From Lama glama (lineage: Eukaryota): a stretch of 64,000 nucleotides of DNA. Shown here piece by piece: positions 38,391-51,430 of this stretch. The notes below the pieces were generated by a model. The model had not been told where the DNA came from. It did not search any database and saw only the letters and a list, made by a program, of their open reading frames with translations. Positions within the stretch are counted from its first letter, which is position 1; each line of letters begins with the position of its first letter. Both the position numbers and the translations under genes were made by a program. The stretch is from NCBI GenBank assembly GCA_028534125.1, contig CM052816.1, positions 63,862,001-63,926,000 on the forward strand, given 5' to 3'.

Positions 38391-41300
38391 TTTGTAGAAT
38401 TCAAGCTTTTAGAAAGTCAAGAGAGTCCAATCTATGTCAAATTATACTTAGCAATGGTTGGATTTTGCGAAATTTTTACTTCCCCCTCTATTGGAGGATT
38501 CTTAACATCTGTGAGCACCTACTCACAGTATGAAGGCCAAATGCAGAACCTGGCACACAGCAGGCCCCCAGCAAACGCAAGTCCCTGTGACAGTGTCTAA
38601 CACATTCCCTTCTATTGCCCTTCTCCTCCAGGTCTGTGTGGCCCTACTTTGCTATCAAGTTCTCATTCTACTCTCTATAAGAAAACATAAATCAAAAAAG
38701 ACCTAAAAACATTGATTTTCTCAGTTGGCTGTTGCTTCTGCCCAATTTTCCCTTCTTCTGGGACCTCTTTGTGTCAGTCTCTGGCTGATCAGTGTTCAGA
38801 CCACGTCCTCATTTAGTATAACCTGCAATTTTCATGAACATGAAGAGAGATTCACTCCCTCATTCAAATTAATGATGAAGGTGTTAAATAAGACCATCCC
38901 AGCAGCCATCTCTGTACCTTCCTACAACCAGATACTTTGCAATTTACCAGTAACCTTTCTTCGTGATCTTGTAGCTAATTTTGCAAATAAAATTTCCAGA
39001 GACATATCAAATCTTTACCAACATAAGATATATTACATCTCTTATATTCCGCTTCACCTATTCCTAACTCTGTCAGAAAAAAGCTATTGTATTGGCATGA
39101 TTTGTTTCTTTGACGCTTAAGCCACTTACTCTCCCTGATATCATCACGTTCCTGCTCTTAAACACACTCACACGCACACACACATGTATGCATAATTATC
39201 ATGGCCAGAAACGATGTTTGCAGGGTGATAATTGCCAGTATCTTTCTTTTCTTCTTTCTCACTTTGAAGAGCAGGCTGCGTTTCATAGTCACATCAGTCC
39301 ATCCATCTTGTAATTTTCCTGATTCTGTACTAAGTGCTCAGCCTGATTTCCTGTGATTGCTATGTGCATCTTAGGAGGCTCATCCTCTGACTCTTGAGCT
39401 CTATCCTGAGTAGCACAGTGCCAGGGAGGTCCCTGCCTTCTCACAGGTTCAGGGAAAGGCACTTCCCAAGCTCCAGAAGGGAAGCACAGGAGTCCTAGGT
39501 TCTGCCATTGATGCAAAGATTTTTTTTTTTTAGGGAGTTCCTGTGGAGACACAGTTTTAGAAAGTGATAATAATTATAGGAATCAGTTAAGAATAGAAGT
39601 CCTGCCTCATTTATATGTTGCTCAAAACAAATTAGGAACTTTGGCCATCTTAGCCTTTTAAACATTTTCCTTCCTTCCTCCTTTCCTTCTCCTTTCCTTC
39701 CTTCCTTCATTCATTCCTCCCTCCCTTCTTTTTTTATGGAACTCCTTGTTTTCAGGAGTTACTGTGTTCCAATTTGTAGCTTTTATGAACAGTATTGTAT
39801 TTTAAAGAATTCATCGGGTACAAGTTTAATTAAAAATTCTCTATATTTCCATGGAGTGAAGTCGGCCTGTCTCTTTTAAAACTCTCTGATGGATCAAGTA
39901 CTTAAAGCAAGTATTCCTTTCTTGGCAGCTTCAGTACAATGAGATCTTCTAGGATAGACCCCTGTGCATTTCTGGATGCTAGGTGAGGAATGGAGGAGGT
40001 AGATGGGCTTAGCTGGGAAAAACTCAAGACCGAAGCAGCCCTTCAATCACATTGGAAAAAAAAATGTATTTAAAAAACTGAGATTCATGTAATTTTCTGA
40101 CTTGGTGAACTACAAACTCTGAGCAAGAGCCTGATTTCCAGCCCATTATCCAGACCAAAGAGGTTTGGATGAGCTTCTGTTAAGTATGCAATTCTAAGCT
40201 CTCTGCATTCTGCTCATCAACAGTAAAGGCATGTTACAGATGACAAGAGGAGGAGATTTTGTGTCCTCTAATTTCCACTGTCTGGGCCATTCGCCGCAGG
40301 GCACAGTATTCTAACACATAATGCCGGCATGGCGCCCTTCCCCAGAACAGCGACTTTGCAACCTCCCTTTGGTTGCTTCTCTGGGTTGGGAGCATAAAGG
40401 GATGGCAAATCTAGGATAACAAATACCACAGTGTAATGTCAAGGGATGCAGAGTGGTGGTGAAGTTATTAAGCCACATGGAACATCAGCTTTTCTATTTT
40501 TAAAATGGGGGTAATACCTACTACTCAAGTGTAGTAAAAAACAGGTGATATATATGTGTGTGTGTGCATGTGTATAGATAGATAGATAGGTAGATAGGTA
40601 GGTAGATTCTCACAAAATGCTCAGCTAGAAAGCACAATTGAGTGCCCCTGGCATCTGGTGGTGGTTGGTATTGTTTAATGAATGTAACAAGCACATACTG
40701 AAGGGCTGCTACATGCCCATTCCCTGCCAGGCTCTGAGATGACAGACGGACGGCTCCTGTCCAGGCAGAGCCTGCAGGGACCCCTCCCCCAGCCCAGGCT
40801 CTTCTCAGGCAAAGGTGCCCAGAGCCTCGCAGCATCCCCCAGTCTGGTTAGGCCTCCCTCGTGTGCTGCCTTCTCACCAGCTCACCACGCCTGTTACTCA
40901 TGCAGTTTCAGTCACGGAAGAAACCTTTGCCAACCAAATGAAAGAAGAGTTCTAACTTCTTTTTTTCCCCAGTTTCTGAACCTAGATGGTCATGAGAACT
41001 TAGATGTTTGTTTTTATTTCCCCAGTGCCTCCAAATGCATGTACTTCTTAGTTCAGATGTAAAGGTGATTTGTTCTTTATGAGTATAATAGCCAAGGTGT
41101 CAGTGCTCAATCTGAACACATCTTAAAATTGTAGATATGATGCCTTTTTTTGCAAAAAGGTTTTAGGAAGCTGCAATTGTCTGGCATGTACAGGTGGTTT
41201 AAGTGCATGTGTATGTGCGTAGCATAAGTTATGCATGCCCTTTTAGAAAAACTATCAAATGGAGAAATTCCAAAGGAAATAGCGACATAAGTTACCCAAA

Positions 41301-42079
41301 ATCCCACTATCCAGAGTCTATTTAATTGTTAATCTTCTCGACTCTTTCGGTTGTTCGTATATGTGCATCTAAATTGAAAGTGTAGACATCCTATAATAAG
41401 GCTATCTTTTACACACTGATTTTATTCTACTCAATGATATTGTGACTCTCTTTGCATGTCTATAAATATATTCATATCTCCTTTCTAAATGACTATAAAA
41501 GCCACAGTTTATTTAATCAATTTTCTATTATCAGACAGTTTGTTTTAAGTTTTTACTCATAAATGTGATCTAAATATCTTGGGCTTTATGAGTCAATGAG
41601 TGCAAATGCAGTCTCAGTAACATTAATTCCCCAAATTTAATAACTCTAGGGCCCCAACTCCCAACATTTTCCAAGTCTTCCTCCTTAAATATTTCCCAGA
41701 GTCTACAGGAGTGCATTGAGTTGGTGGGTCCCTCCTGGCTGTTGCTTGCCTCCGTGGCCAGCAGCCTCATCCCATGCCTGACAGTTCCACAAGGATGTGC
41801 TTTGGGCTGGAACTTCACTTCTGTTGTACCAACTCATCATCATGTTCTGAGAATCTGTTATTTCAAATGTTGGCACAACCAAAATGCCATCAGTGTACTT
41901 CAAAACTGACTTTTTGCTCTACCACCCCTGGAAGTGAGAAGGAAAGTATACATCCGCTGTGCTCAGCGAGGGTCCTTGTAGCAAGGGCGCTCAAAGCACG
42001 ATTGTCCCGTGTGAGTGACACCCCCTACGGTTCTTGCGCAGCTTCTCTCTGAGTGCTCACCGCCCCCCCCAGTAGTGGG

Positions 42080-42187
42080 AGGATGACTAACTGTTCCAGT
42101 CGGCAGGGTCCTTCCTGATTTAGCACTGGAAGTCCCATGTCCCAGGAAACTCCTCAGTCCCCTGCAAACCAGAACGGTTAGTCACTA
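42080..42187. mobile_element. MER94-like hAT-Blackjack MITE
   Basis: TIRs aggatgactaac / gttagtcacta; ttagcactggaagtcccatgtcccaggaaac. Confidence 0.7.
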
Positions 42188-43889
42188 GCAGAGGGACTGT
42201 TTCACGTGTTCCCTTCCAATGGCCAGGCCCTGTGGCTAAGCCTGGCTTGCTTTCTTCTGTAAGATAAAATTCATCTTAGGATCCCCCATCTGGTTTCCAC
42301 TGGGGCCACATTCATCAGACATACCGGTACATGTCTCAACCTCAAAAAGGGCAGTATTTCAGTTATTTTATCCTCCAAAAGCTCTTCAGCCCCTCACATA
42401 GCCTTGTGTTTAGCCTCTTAAACCAGTGGATGCAAATGTGTCCATGGTGGGAGAGATGTTGCCTGACCCTTTTCTGCAGAAGCTCTGGAATCTCATTGCT
42501 TTCACATAAACAACACTCTGATGAACATCTGTAGTTACAGCACCATGTGCGCATCCGATTGTTTCTTTAAGATAAATCCCCTCAGATGCAATAGCCTTTT
42601 GGTTTTTGATACATACTGCCAGAGTGTCCTCCAGAAATTCTGTTCCAGTGTCCTTCTTTGGGTTTATTTTTTAAACCATGCAAATTTATATCCAGGATGA
42701 AAAGTAGCTCTGACCTGTTTCTAGGATAACAGAGAACATTCCATGCCAGAAAGTCCTTGCCAGAGGGGAAAGGGAGAGGATGTGAGAGGAGGGCCAGGTA
42801 AGAACCATTCCAGAGTCACCTGAAAGGAGACGGAGCTTTAATGAGCCCCTCACACTGGTGCTTTGTGGGTACTGTGCAGCAGCCTCTCCCAGAGTGTGCG
42901 TGCAGTCCCTCTAGCACAGAGCTACCTCTCTCACTCAGGTCCGAATTCCTGCAGGCTGTCCAGGCAGACTCCAGTCAGGGAATCTGCACTGGGAAGGAAA
43001 ATTCTACTCTAATTTGCCCTCTTTCCTTGTTTGATTCTCACAGAATCAATGGCTATTGGCCCCCAGGAAATAAAAATAATGAGAAACCCAAACCCAGGTC
43101 ACCATTAGCAAAATAAAGCAGTTGTCTGGTTAGTTGGAGAGCAGTCAAAGGCGGGGTGAGGGATTCTGCCTTGGACCACATTCTGGAAAGTCATGCAGCC
43201 ACTGGTCACCAGGTCTCCGGGCTGCCTGGGCCCAGCCTCCTAATGAAGGGTTGGCTTGGTGGCTTCCTGAATCAGGCAGGGAAGGTGAAACCTGGGAGCA
43301 TGGAGCATATCAAGTGATTTTACACTATGAGATATACTCAATCCATACGTCGGGATGAAAAACACAGGAGATGTGTGCCAAGGGCTTGTCCACTTCCACC
43401 CCGTTCCAAATCCAAGTAAAGAAAATGTAAAGCATTCAAAATAAAGAGGATGCCACGCTTGCACGAACAATCTGCAATTCTCTTTGTGTGAAAGTTATGG
43501 GCAGTGATCTGCTCTTCACTGGGCAATATGGGAAGCAAACTAACAATACCATTCGATCTGATTTAAATGCTGAGTGCAGTAACTAGACATATATCTACAT
43601 CCTTAACCATCCAAACTAACACAAATAAAAGACCCAATTCCCTCAGCACCCCTGCAGAGTCTGGAGCAGGCAGATGTTCCTGATCTCAGTCCTAACTGAC
43701 CAAGGGTTTCCAACCAGGAACAGTCTTCCAGGATGCTCCCACTTCGCTCTGAGCTTCCTGGACTTGAATGAAAAACAAGGAACAAAAGAAAAAAATCACT
43801 GCATTGAAGGTCATGCTGAGACAGTGTTTTCATTTGGGTGCTTAGCTCGCCTGTGTCCCCTAGGGGGAAAATTCCAACAGAACATACAG

Positions 43890-44035
43890 GAAACTCGGTT
43901 TCTAGCCCCAGTATGTCAATTATCTCTGGTTTGTGTAACCATGAGCAAGTTGCTTCTCTTTTCTGAGAATCAGTTTTCTGGCCTTTAACATTAGGAGTTT
44001 GAACTAAATTGCCTCCCAAAAGCTTTTCAACTCTA
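43890..44035 (+). mobile_element. MIR SINE
   Basis: ggtttctagcccca...tgtgtaaccatgagcaagttgcttc...cagttttc. Confidence 0.6.
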
Positions 44036-45599
44036 ATATTATCAGCAGAATAGCTCTCACCAAATATATAAACTGCATCTCTTGAGTTTGAGAAAAGCTC
44101 AGTTTAAAACCATCAATTGAATTTCTGCAGCTGCCATCTGGAGAGTCACATGTTGAAGTTCAGACTCACCCCCTCACCCTTCATTGCTTTACTACTGTTG
44201 CCCTGGGTGGTTTTGGGCAATAGTAATTTGCCAAGATCCCTGGGCTTGCACAAAACCACCCTGACCATAGTAGTGGCCAGAGAAAGTGCAGTCTTGCTCT
44301 TTTGGTGCCATTCTTTAGGTTTCCTTGGCTTCGTGGAAGGCAAATCAAATGCCCCTTTACCACTTTCACTGTCACACTTCATCTATATCGTATGCTTTTC
44401 TGAAGTAGCTGTTATGCTCTCATCTAGATCCCAGACTCTAGATAGACTTATACTGAGCCTTCTCCAAGCTCCAGCCAAATAAACATCTGAATTGGAAACA
44501 CTGTTGCTGTCTAGTCTAGCTGTTTATCTATTGGGAAATGGGTGGTTCGGGTAGGAATAGGTGGGAAGAAACAGAGGTAAAAGGTGGAGGTCCTGCTAAC
44601 AATGTGGTAAGGCTGTGGAGGAACCTGAGTGGACTCCCAGTTATTTCTTGAAAAGGTCCTTTGGCCCCATGACTGTCTTCTCTTCTACTTCCCCAAGTGT
44701 TTCCTTGGGGACCTACTGGAAAGAGCAGTCCTGAGCAGTCTGTCTGTCTCCTTCTACGTGTTCTCTGTGGGGGGACCGGGCAGCTCAAAAGGCTCCCATT
44801 AGTGCTGACTCGTGGACAGCTCCCTGCTCTCCTCGGAGCCTGGCCCCTCTCTGTCTTTTCCCGGCTTGTCTTTCTGGTGGTCAGCTGGAAGACTGCACGG
44901 GCAAACGGTGAGCTCATCATAACGCTCACCCAGTGGGCAGGTAACTTCAATTCCCTAGGCTGCAGACCGCTCACCTACAACAGTGCCTATGTCACGCACT
45001 TGCTGTGAACATTAAACACTGTAATGTGTATAAAAATCAATGCTTGGCACAGAGTAAAAGCTGAATAAAAGTAGTTGTCTAGAAAGTTTAATAAATTTGG
45101 TTGATGTTGACTGGTGGCATAGCATGTGGTAGGGAAAGGTTCATTTTTATGTATTTTCCAGGTTTCAGATTTCATTGTAACACAAATGTAATTTCAGTGA
45201 AAGCAACAGGATGAGAGTATACAAAGCCTTTCTTTCCTATGGTCTCTACCAACCCTGGGACTTAACAACATTAAGAGGGCTATTTAGACAGTTTAAGGCT
45301 ACCTATTTACAGATGGGATTTTAAGGGTGAAAGCCCATTTGTAACCCTAAGGTGTTTAAACAACCCTGCAATTTGATCTCAAATTCCCCCAGCTCTGTCT
45401 TAGCTGCTCCAGCCTCCTGCCTGCCAATCCAAGCCCTGCTTCCAGGACCACCTGTCAGTTGCCGTAATGGCTGGGGCTTTGTCGGGCTCTCAGCTGTAAC
45501 CTGATTTCCACAACTGTTCAAGGGATGCTGCAGCTGCCTCGAAATGGGTAAGTTTTACAGTGTTGTACAGTGGCTGGGGTTCAGTGTCATGCCTCTGAA

Positions 45600-47300
45600 A
45601 TTTACTCGGTTTCCAAATCATGTTGAGTATCTACTAAAGGCCAGGCCCCGGGTAAATACGCACTCGGAATAGAGAGGGAGTAAACTAGGGCCTTTGTCAT
45701 CGAGGGCTCACAGGTTAGAAGCAAGTATAGACAAAGACATATTTCCCCACAGCATCATGGCACAAGAATAGGAATGGACACACACCTGAGAGAAAGTAAC
45801 TAACCATCCAAGGTGGGGAGAGGGAGGAAGGGACGACTTCCCACAGTAGTGACATTTGAGTGAGCTGTTAATCAATTCTCTTGGCTGTCCTACCAGATCC
45901 ACCCCTAGTTCCCACATCATTGTCAAACAAGTTCCTAGTTTCTTATCCACCTCGTCTTTGTACCTACATCTTCCGCCCCCAGTACACACCCAGAGGCACT
46001 CTAAGTTCAACATTAAATCCTGTCGTTTCTTCTTCTGTCTGCCTTCTCCTTCCCACACCTTTGGTTTGAGCCATAATCACTGCACACCTGGACTCCTGCC
46101 TCCCAGTTAGCTCCTCTTCCTCCAGCCTGTGCCAGTCCCCTCCTGTCTATTGGACACACATCATCAAGAATCATCTTCCTCCAGTGTCACTTAGATCACA
46201 TTGCTCTTCTCTTCGCATGCCCATAAAGGCTCCCAGCTGCCTCCCAAATCATATTAAAACTCCTCTAGTCTCAGACTTCAAGGTCCACTACCAATTAGCC
46301 CTGCTTTACCTAACTGCTGTCCACGCCTGCTAAGCTCAGGTTGGTGTGCTTCGCTCTAGCCAGGCAAAGCTCTTCCACCTGCTTCTTTCCACTTGTGCTG
46401 CCATCCCTGCACTGAGGCTCCCTGAGATCACTGTGTGTACACACTTGCAAGTTTGTGCAAGTGCTGGGCGACGGGGAGAGTTTGCAGGGGAGGGAGGAAG
46501 GAAGAAAGGCAGTCACCACTGCCTCCATATTCCATTATAGGGAAAAGCCTTAAAACATAAGCACTGAAGATAGAGATGAAAGAAATACCCGGGAGAAAGC
46601 GGTGAGGACCGCTGTCAAACGAGGAGGGGCTGCTGGCGGGGCTCTGGTGCTGCTGTGAGTGAGAGGCTGAGAGGGCGGGCCAGCCGACACCAGCTGCTAA
46701 TTGCAGTGTACCATCTCCCTGTCTTCCGTGTTGCCCTGCTTTTCTTTTTCCAGGCTGATCTCTCAAGTCCCTTAGACATGTAAACTGAATCAGGTCATGC
46801 CTAGCCTTAAAACTGCTCATGGCTTCTTCTCATAGTGGACAATAGCTCTAACCTTTTACTCAGATGGTAATGGTCTGATTCTGCCTCCTCCTCCGTCTTC
46901 TCATGCCACTTTCTTCTTTCCTCACCATGTTCTAGACACTCTACTTGTTCTTCCAGTCTCAGGAATCTCCCACCGCAGGGCCTTTGCACTTTCTGTTCCT
47001 TCCACCTGACACCTTCTTGATCACATTTGTCACCTTATCACTCCATTCTCAGCTTCCAGGTTCCCTACCCTGACCACCTTCACTCTGATTATCTATTACA
47101 ACCACACTCTGTCCAGTCCTTTCACAGGACTAGTTACAGCAGGTAAATCCACATGTAACAGTTTGTTCTCTTGTTGACTGGCCACCTCCATGAGTAGGCT
47201 GTAAGCTCCTTGAGGCAGGAAACCATTTCTCCTGTTCATTGAAGTTCTCTTACAAAATACCTGAGACAGAGTAGAAGCGAAGACCTTGCTCAACGAACCT
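45600..47300. mobile_element. Cluster of L2 fragments (antisense ~45600-45870; sense ~45880-46320 and ~46770-47300)
   Basis: tgttgagtatctacta...aggcc antisense end; cagggcctttgcactttctgttcc and ctgtaagctccttgaggcagg sense motifs. Confidence 0.65.
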
Positions 47301-48499
47301 CATCTGGATTTCTCCAAAGCACAGATTTTTGGTCAAGAGGAAGCACTATGATCTTCTAGGAAGCTTCCCTCTAAAAGGCCTTGCACACCCAATTGGCCAG
47401 GCTACTCTATCTTGCCCTTTAAAATCTGTTCAAGAATGTCCTACTTCCAAGACAATTTTCCAAATTAACTCTTCCTGGGTCTGGTTCAGGACTTGCAAAC
47501 TGAGATGCCTACAGAGACCAGGTAAGTAACAGAGGGATGGGCCAGGCGTGGGGTGACAGGAAGTGCTGTGGACCATGGTTAACTGTCCCACATCAAGCTT
47601 ATGTCCCATATAAGGGGGATTGTCCCTACTCAGCTCCAATGGGTATTAACATGAAGAAAAACAGGCCCTGTTTTGATAAATTTCCCTGTGTTTCAAAAGA
47701 GCTAAAAAAAAACAAAAACAAAAACAACAGAACTTGCATTTCCATGTGAAACGTCTGGCTTTTTAACGTGGTGGAGGTGTATTTCCGCGGTCTCCAGCAG
47801 CCTGATGGTCAGCTTCTGCTCGATTCTTTCAAGGAGGTTGCTTGGCACTTGAGTTCGTTAAGCCGAGCACACTTCGCTTCCATTCCTGAGTCCCAGGCTG
47901 TGTCCAGTAGCCAGTGCCAGGCATCTCCTGGGGGCAGAAATGATGCTGTTGCCTTCTTTGCGGTCCCTTCAAAGCACCTAGTGAGCACCGAACCCTATGC
48001 TCCCTGTCACTGCTGGCAACTAACAAAGCATTCTTTCGAAGGCAGCAACTGCCTTTGCTGTTTTGGGAACAGAAGCCTTGCCTATTACACACAGAAGCAC
48101 CGCACTTCACACAGGCTCATTTATTTTGTTCATTAGGCCTTCATCCCTCAATCAGTGTGAGACTTACAGACCCCCTCCACTCCATCCATTCTCCTTTTGC
48201 CTTAATGTCTTCTTGAAAAGTATCCCGGCCTTTGTTCTAAATCCCAATCTCTTTTGTGCTATGATGATAATGTTAACTTTGTAATTGTGCATAAGTCAGC
48301 AAACCAGAGTACTGCCTTATTCATCCAGCATCGTCAGGAAATGAGGTGTTCCACATAATTAAATTGTCCAGACAACTAGTGCTAACCAGCATTTTAAAGA
48401 TCAACGTTTAAAAAACGAGTAAATGGAAGCATCCCAAAATGTATTATATACCCTTTTGCCTTCTTAATTTTTAAGTTATCTTATATCATTTTTTAAGAA

Positions 48500-49275
48500 T
48501 AGAAACAAAAGGGTAGAAAGTGATAATTAAGTCTTCCCCCTGCCCCAGCCTCCCACTTCCCCATCCCTGACAGATGCTGTGTTGCCACCATTACCAGGTT
48601 ATGGGGTATCTTCTTCCACAGATAGTCTATACATGTGCAAGCATTTTTTTTTCCTGCTATGACACTTTATTGCACCTTGCTTTTTAAAGTCCTGTACCTC
48701 AGGCATCACTCTTCATCAAGACATGCAGAGTTCCTCATTCTATACAGCGACAGCATCCCATTCCATTGTATGGATGCAGCATTATTTATTTGCAGTTCCC
48801 TACTGATAGGCACCAGGTTGTTCCAATCTTGTGCTGTTAAAAAAAAAAATGCTGCAATTATAATCTCTTTATTTACTCCATTTTGTACATGTTTGAGTGT
48901 ATCTGTTGTTGAAAATCCCAGAAAAGAATTGCTGGCTCTAAGAAAGGATATGTGCGCTTGTAAATTTGATAACTGTTGTTACATGCCCTCCATAGAGTCT
49001 GCATCAGTTTTTTTCTCTTGCTATCACTGTATGAGTGAATCCTTCCTCAGCCATTCATCAGCACAACATGTGACCAAAATTTTCTTTTGAAGTGTTGTCA
49101 ATTGGTGAATAAAGAATATAAGCTCACTTACTTTTCAAAAAATATTTAGATCATGGAATGTGGATTTTATAGTGTCCCTCTTTGTCTCTTCTAATATGGT
49201 TTGGTTTGAATGTCTGTTCAGATCTTTTGCCTTCCTTTTAATTAGGTTGTTCATTTTCTTATTAAGTTTTAAGAG

Positions 49276-49309
<34 letters not shown>

Positions 49310-49480
49310 TGTGGATTTAAGTCCTTTATCTGATATTTGTTTTGCAAATATTTTCAGCCAGTGGCTTGCTTTTTAACTCATTTACTTTTAATTTGAAGCC
49401 TTCTTGTTCCGAATGAGATTGAGTATCTTTTCATATTTTATGGACCATTTGTATTTCTCTTTCTGTGAACTGTGTAGACA
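48500..49480 (-). mobile_element. L1ME-type 3' fragments, antisense, containing (TG)14 at 49279-49306
   Basis: attccattgtatggatg, ggttgttccaatct and tttgcaaatattttc L1-antisense motifs. Confidence 0.7.
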
Positions 49481-51259
49481 CATCCTTCGGTCCCGTCATG
49501 TTAATGACTTAGTAGACCTCAGGAAATTTAACAGTTATTTGAGGACTGAATCATTAATATGAACACTGGCTGCTACCCTACACTGTGGCTTCCCAAACTG
49601 CTTTGCTCTCTGGAGTGCTTGTACTTGTTTTGCTTTTGTTTTCATAGTTTTCTCTTCTCTCCCGAGGTTTTACTATATGCACCTCACTTTTCTTTCCTCA
49701 AATGTCTGTCTTTCAAAACCCCTCTGCCCTCTCTTGTAATTTACTGCCTCTGATAATGAGAGTTTCTGAATCTAAAACGACAGAATTTGTCATGGTTGCT
49801 GGGAAGCCGGGTTCTTGAGCTGAGTTCTCAGGCCACAGCATATATGCTTTCATCTGTTTTGGCTGTTCAGGGGTCTTTATCGTTTCCTGCTTCCTGGCCT
49901 TCTTCAGAATACCCAGAATCATCCAGCAAATGAATTCCTAGTCCTAGCATTCCTTGCTAGAACATTTGAGGGTAATCGCAGGTTAGAACCCTTAATGAGT
50001 GGGGCCCACGTGCCCATATGTTACTATACACAGAGATATGACTGCTTCAAATAGAGGAAAACATACTCTCCCAGTCTCTAAAGAAACAATATGAATTTAT
50101 GTTGAAGGGGAACTTTGAACAAATGATTTTTCACTGGTATTTGCACGCAGGGGCTCAGTGCAGTTTCCCCGTGGCTCTGTAACTAGGCTTAGCTGAGTTA
50201 CATGAGAGGCAGCGGTCCCTGGCCCTGGTATTCTTGCTGCATCCCATAGATGGCAGTAAACACACTTTTTAGCACTTCTCTTCATCTTCATTGGAATCAG
50301 GCTCCTTCAGGGAAAGAAAATGAATGCAGAAACTGTGGAGTAATAATTAGCAAACAGATTCTAGTCATTTGAAAAATTGGCAAGAAGCCTTATTAAAGGA
50401 GGTAATAACAGTCATATTTTGCACTTCTAATAGGGCCTTTTATCTCTAGGCCTCCAAGAGCCTGTCTGAGTCATGTAAAGAAAAAAAAGAAAGAAAGAAA
50501 GAAAAACCCTGAGCTAGGTCAGAAGTCAGGAAACAAGGGCTCTGTTTGACATTCTGTGAGGCTCTCTCATTTCAAAGTGAAGGTAGAATGTCTCTGATGC
50601 ATTTAAACACCAGGAATTTATGCCGGTTGGAAAAGAAAAGGCAGCATCACACTGAGATAAACTCCACATTCCCAGTTAATACTGAAAACATGCTTCTCTC
50701 AAAGTTGTTTTTTGTGGAAATAACAATAGAGCTTTAAATACTTTGCCTTCTATAAACACATGGACAGCATTATTATTCACAGTGCACTGGACAAATTGAG
50801 AAAGAGTTTTTATATCCTTTTTCGTGTATCAAGGCGTAATTATCAGCACATCCTTGTATTTATTCCTCTGAGGCTGAAATACATTCTGCTGCTGATGGAT
50901 ATCAGCCCCGCGAACTTGGTACCATGCGTGCTTTATCTCTGGCAGTGGTGGTAGCAGAAGAAAACGATTCCTAACATGTAGACACAGCAAATGCGTTAAA
51001 TCTACAAGATATGGCTGTCTTCCCCATCCCACATTAAACCCGCATCTTCAATTTCCCAGATGAACTGATCTACTGAAACCTTGGAACATTAAAATTCTCC
51101 TTCACCGTTGTCAAGGTTTAGTAACTTGACCACCAGAAGACAGATGTCCTGACTATTTGAGAGAAGGTAGGTTTGGAAATAAAGAAGAACAGCTTTATCC
51201 TGGTGCATTAAAATTTGCTTGGGGCTCAGTAGGAAGAATGTGTTTTATAACAACGACTC

Positions 51260-51430
51260 TTTGGCTGTGTGACTTTGACTTTAGGCAAGCTAATTAACCT
51301 CTCTGAGCATCAGTTTCTTCACTGTGATAATTCCTACATCACGAAAGTTGGTTTTAGGATTAAGTGAAATCATGAACATAAAAGCATTTAGCATAGCACC
51401 GGTTGCTCAAAAGGTATTCAATAACTACTG
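51260..51430 (+). mobile_element. MIR SINE
   Basis: ggcaagctaattaacctctctgagcatcagtttcttcactgtg...aaagcatttagcatagcac. Confidence 0.75.

Noticed and set aside
47768..48136. 122-aa ORF in mildly CpG-rich sequence
   Set aside because: Non-ATG start, no recognisable protein and no consistent splice sites.
50243..50256. CTCF-like cccatagatggcag
   Set aside because: Two mismatches in the core; not supportable without ChIP data or PWM scoring.
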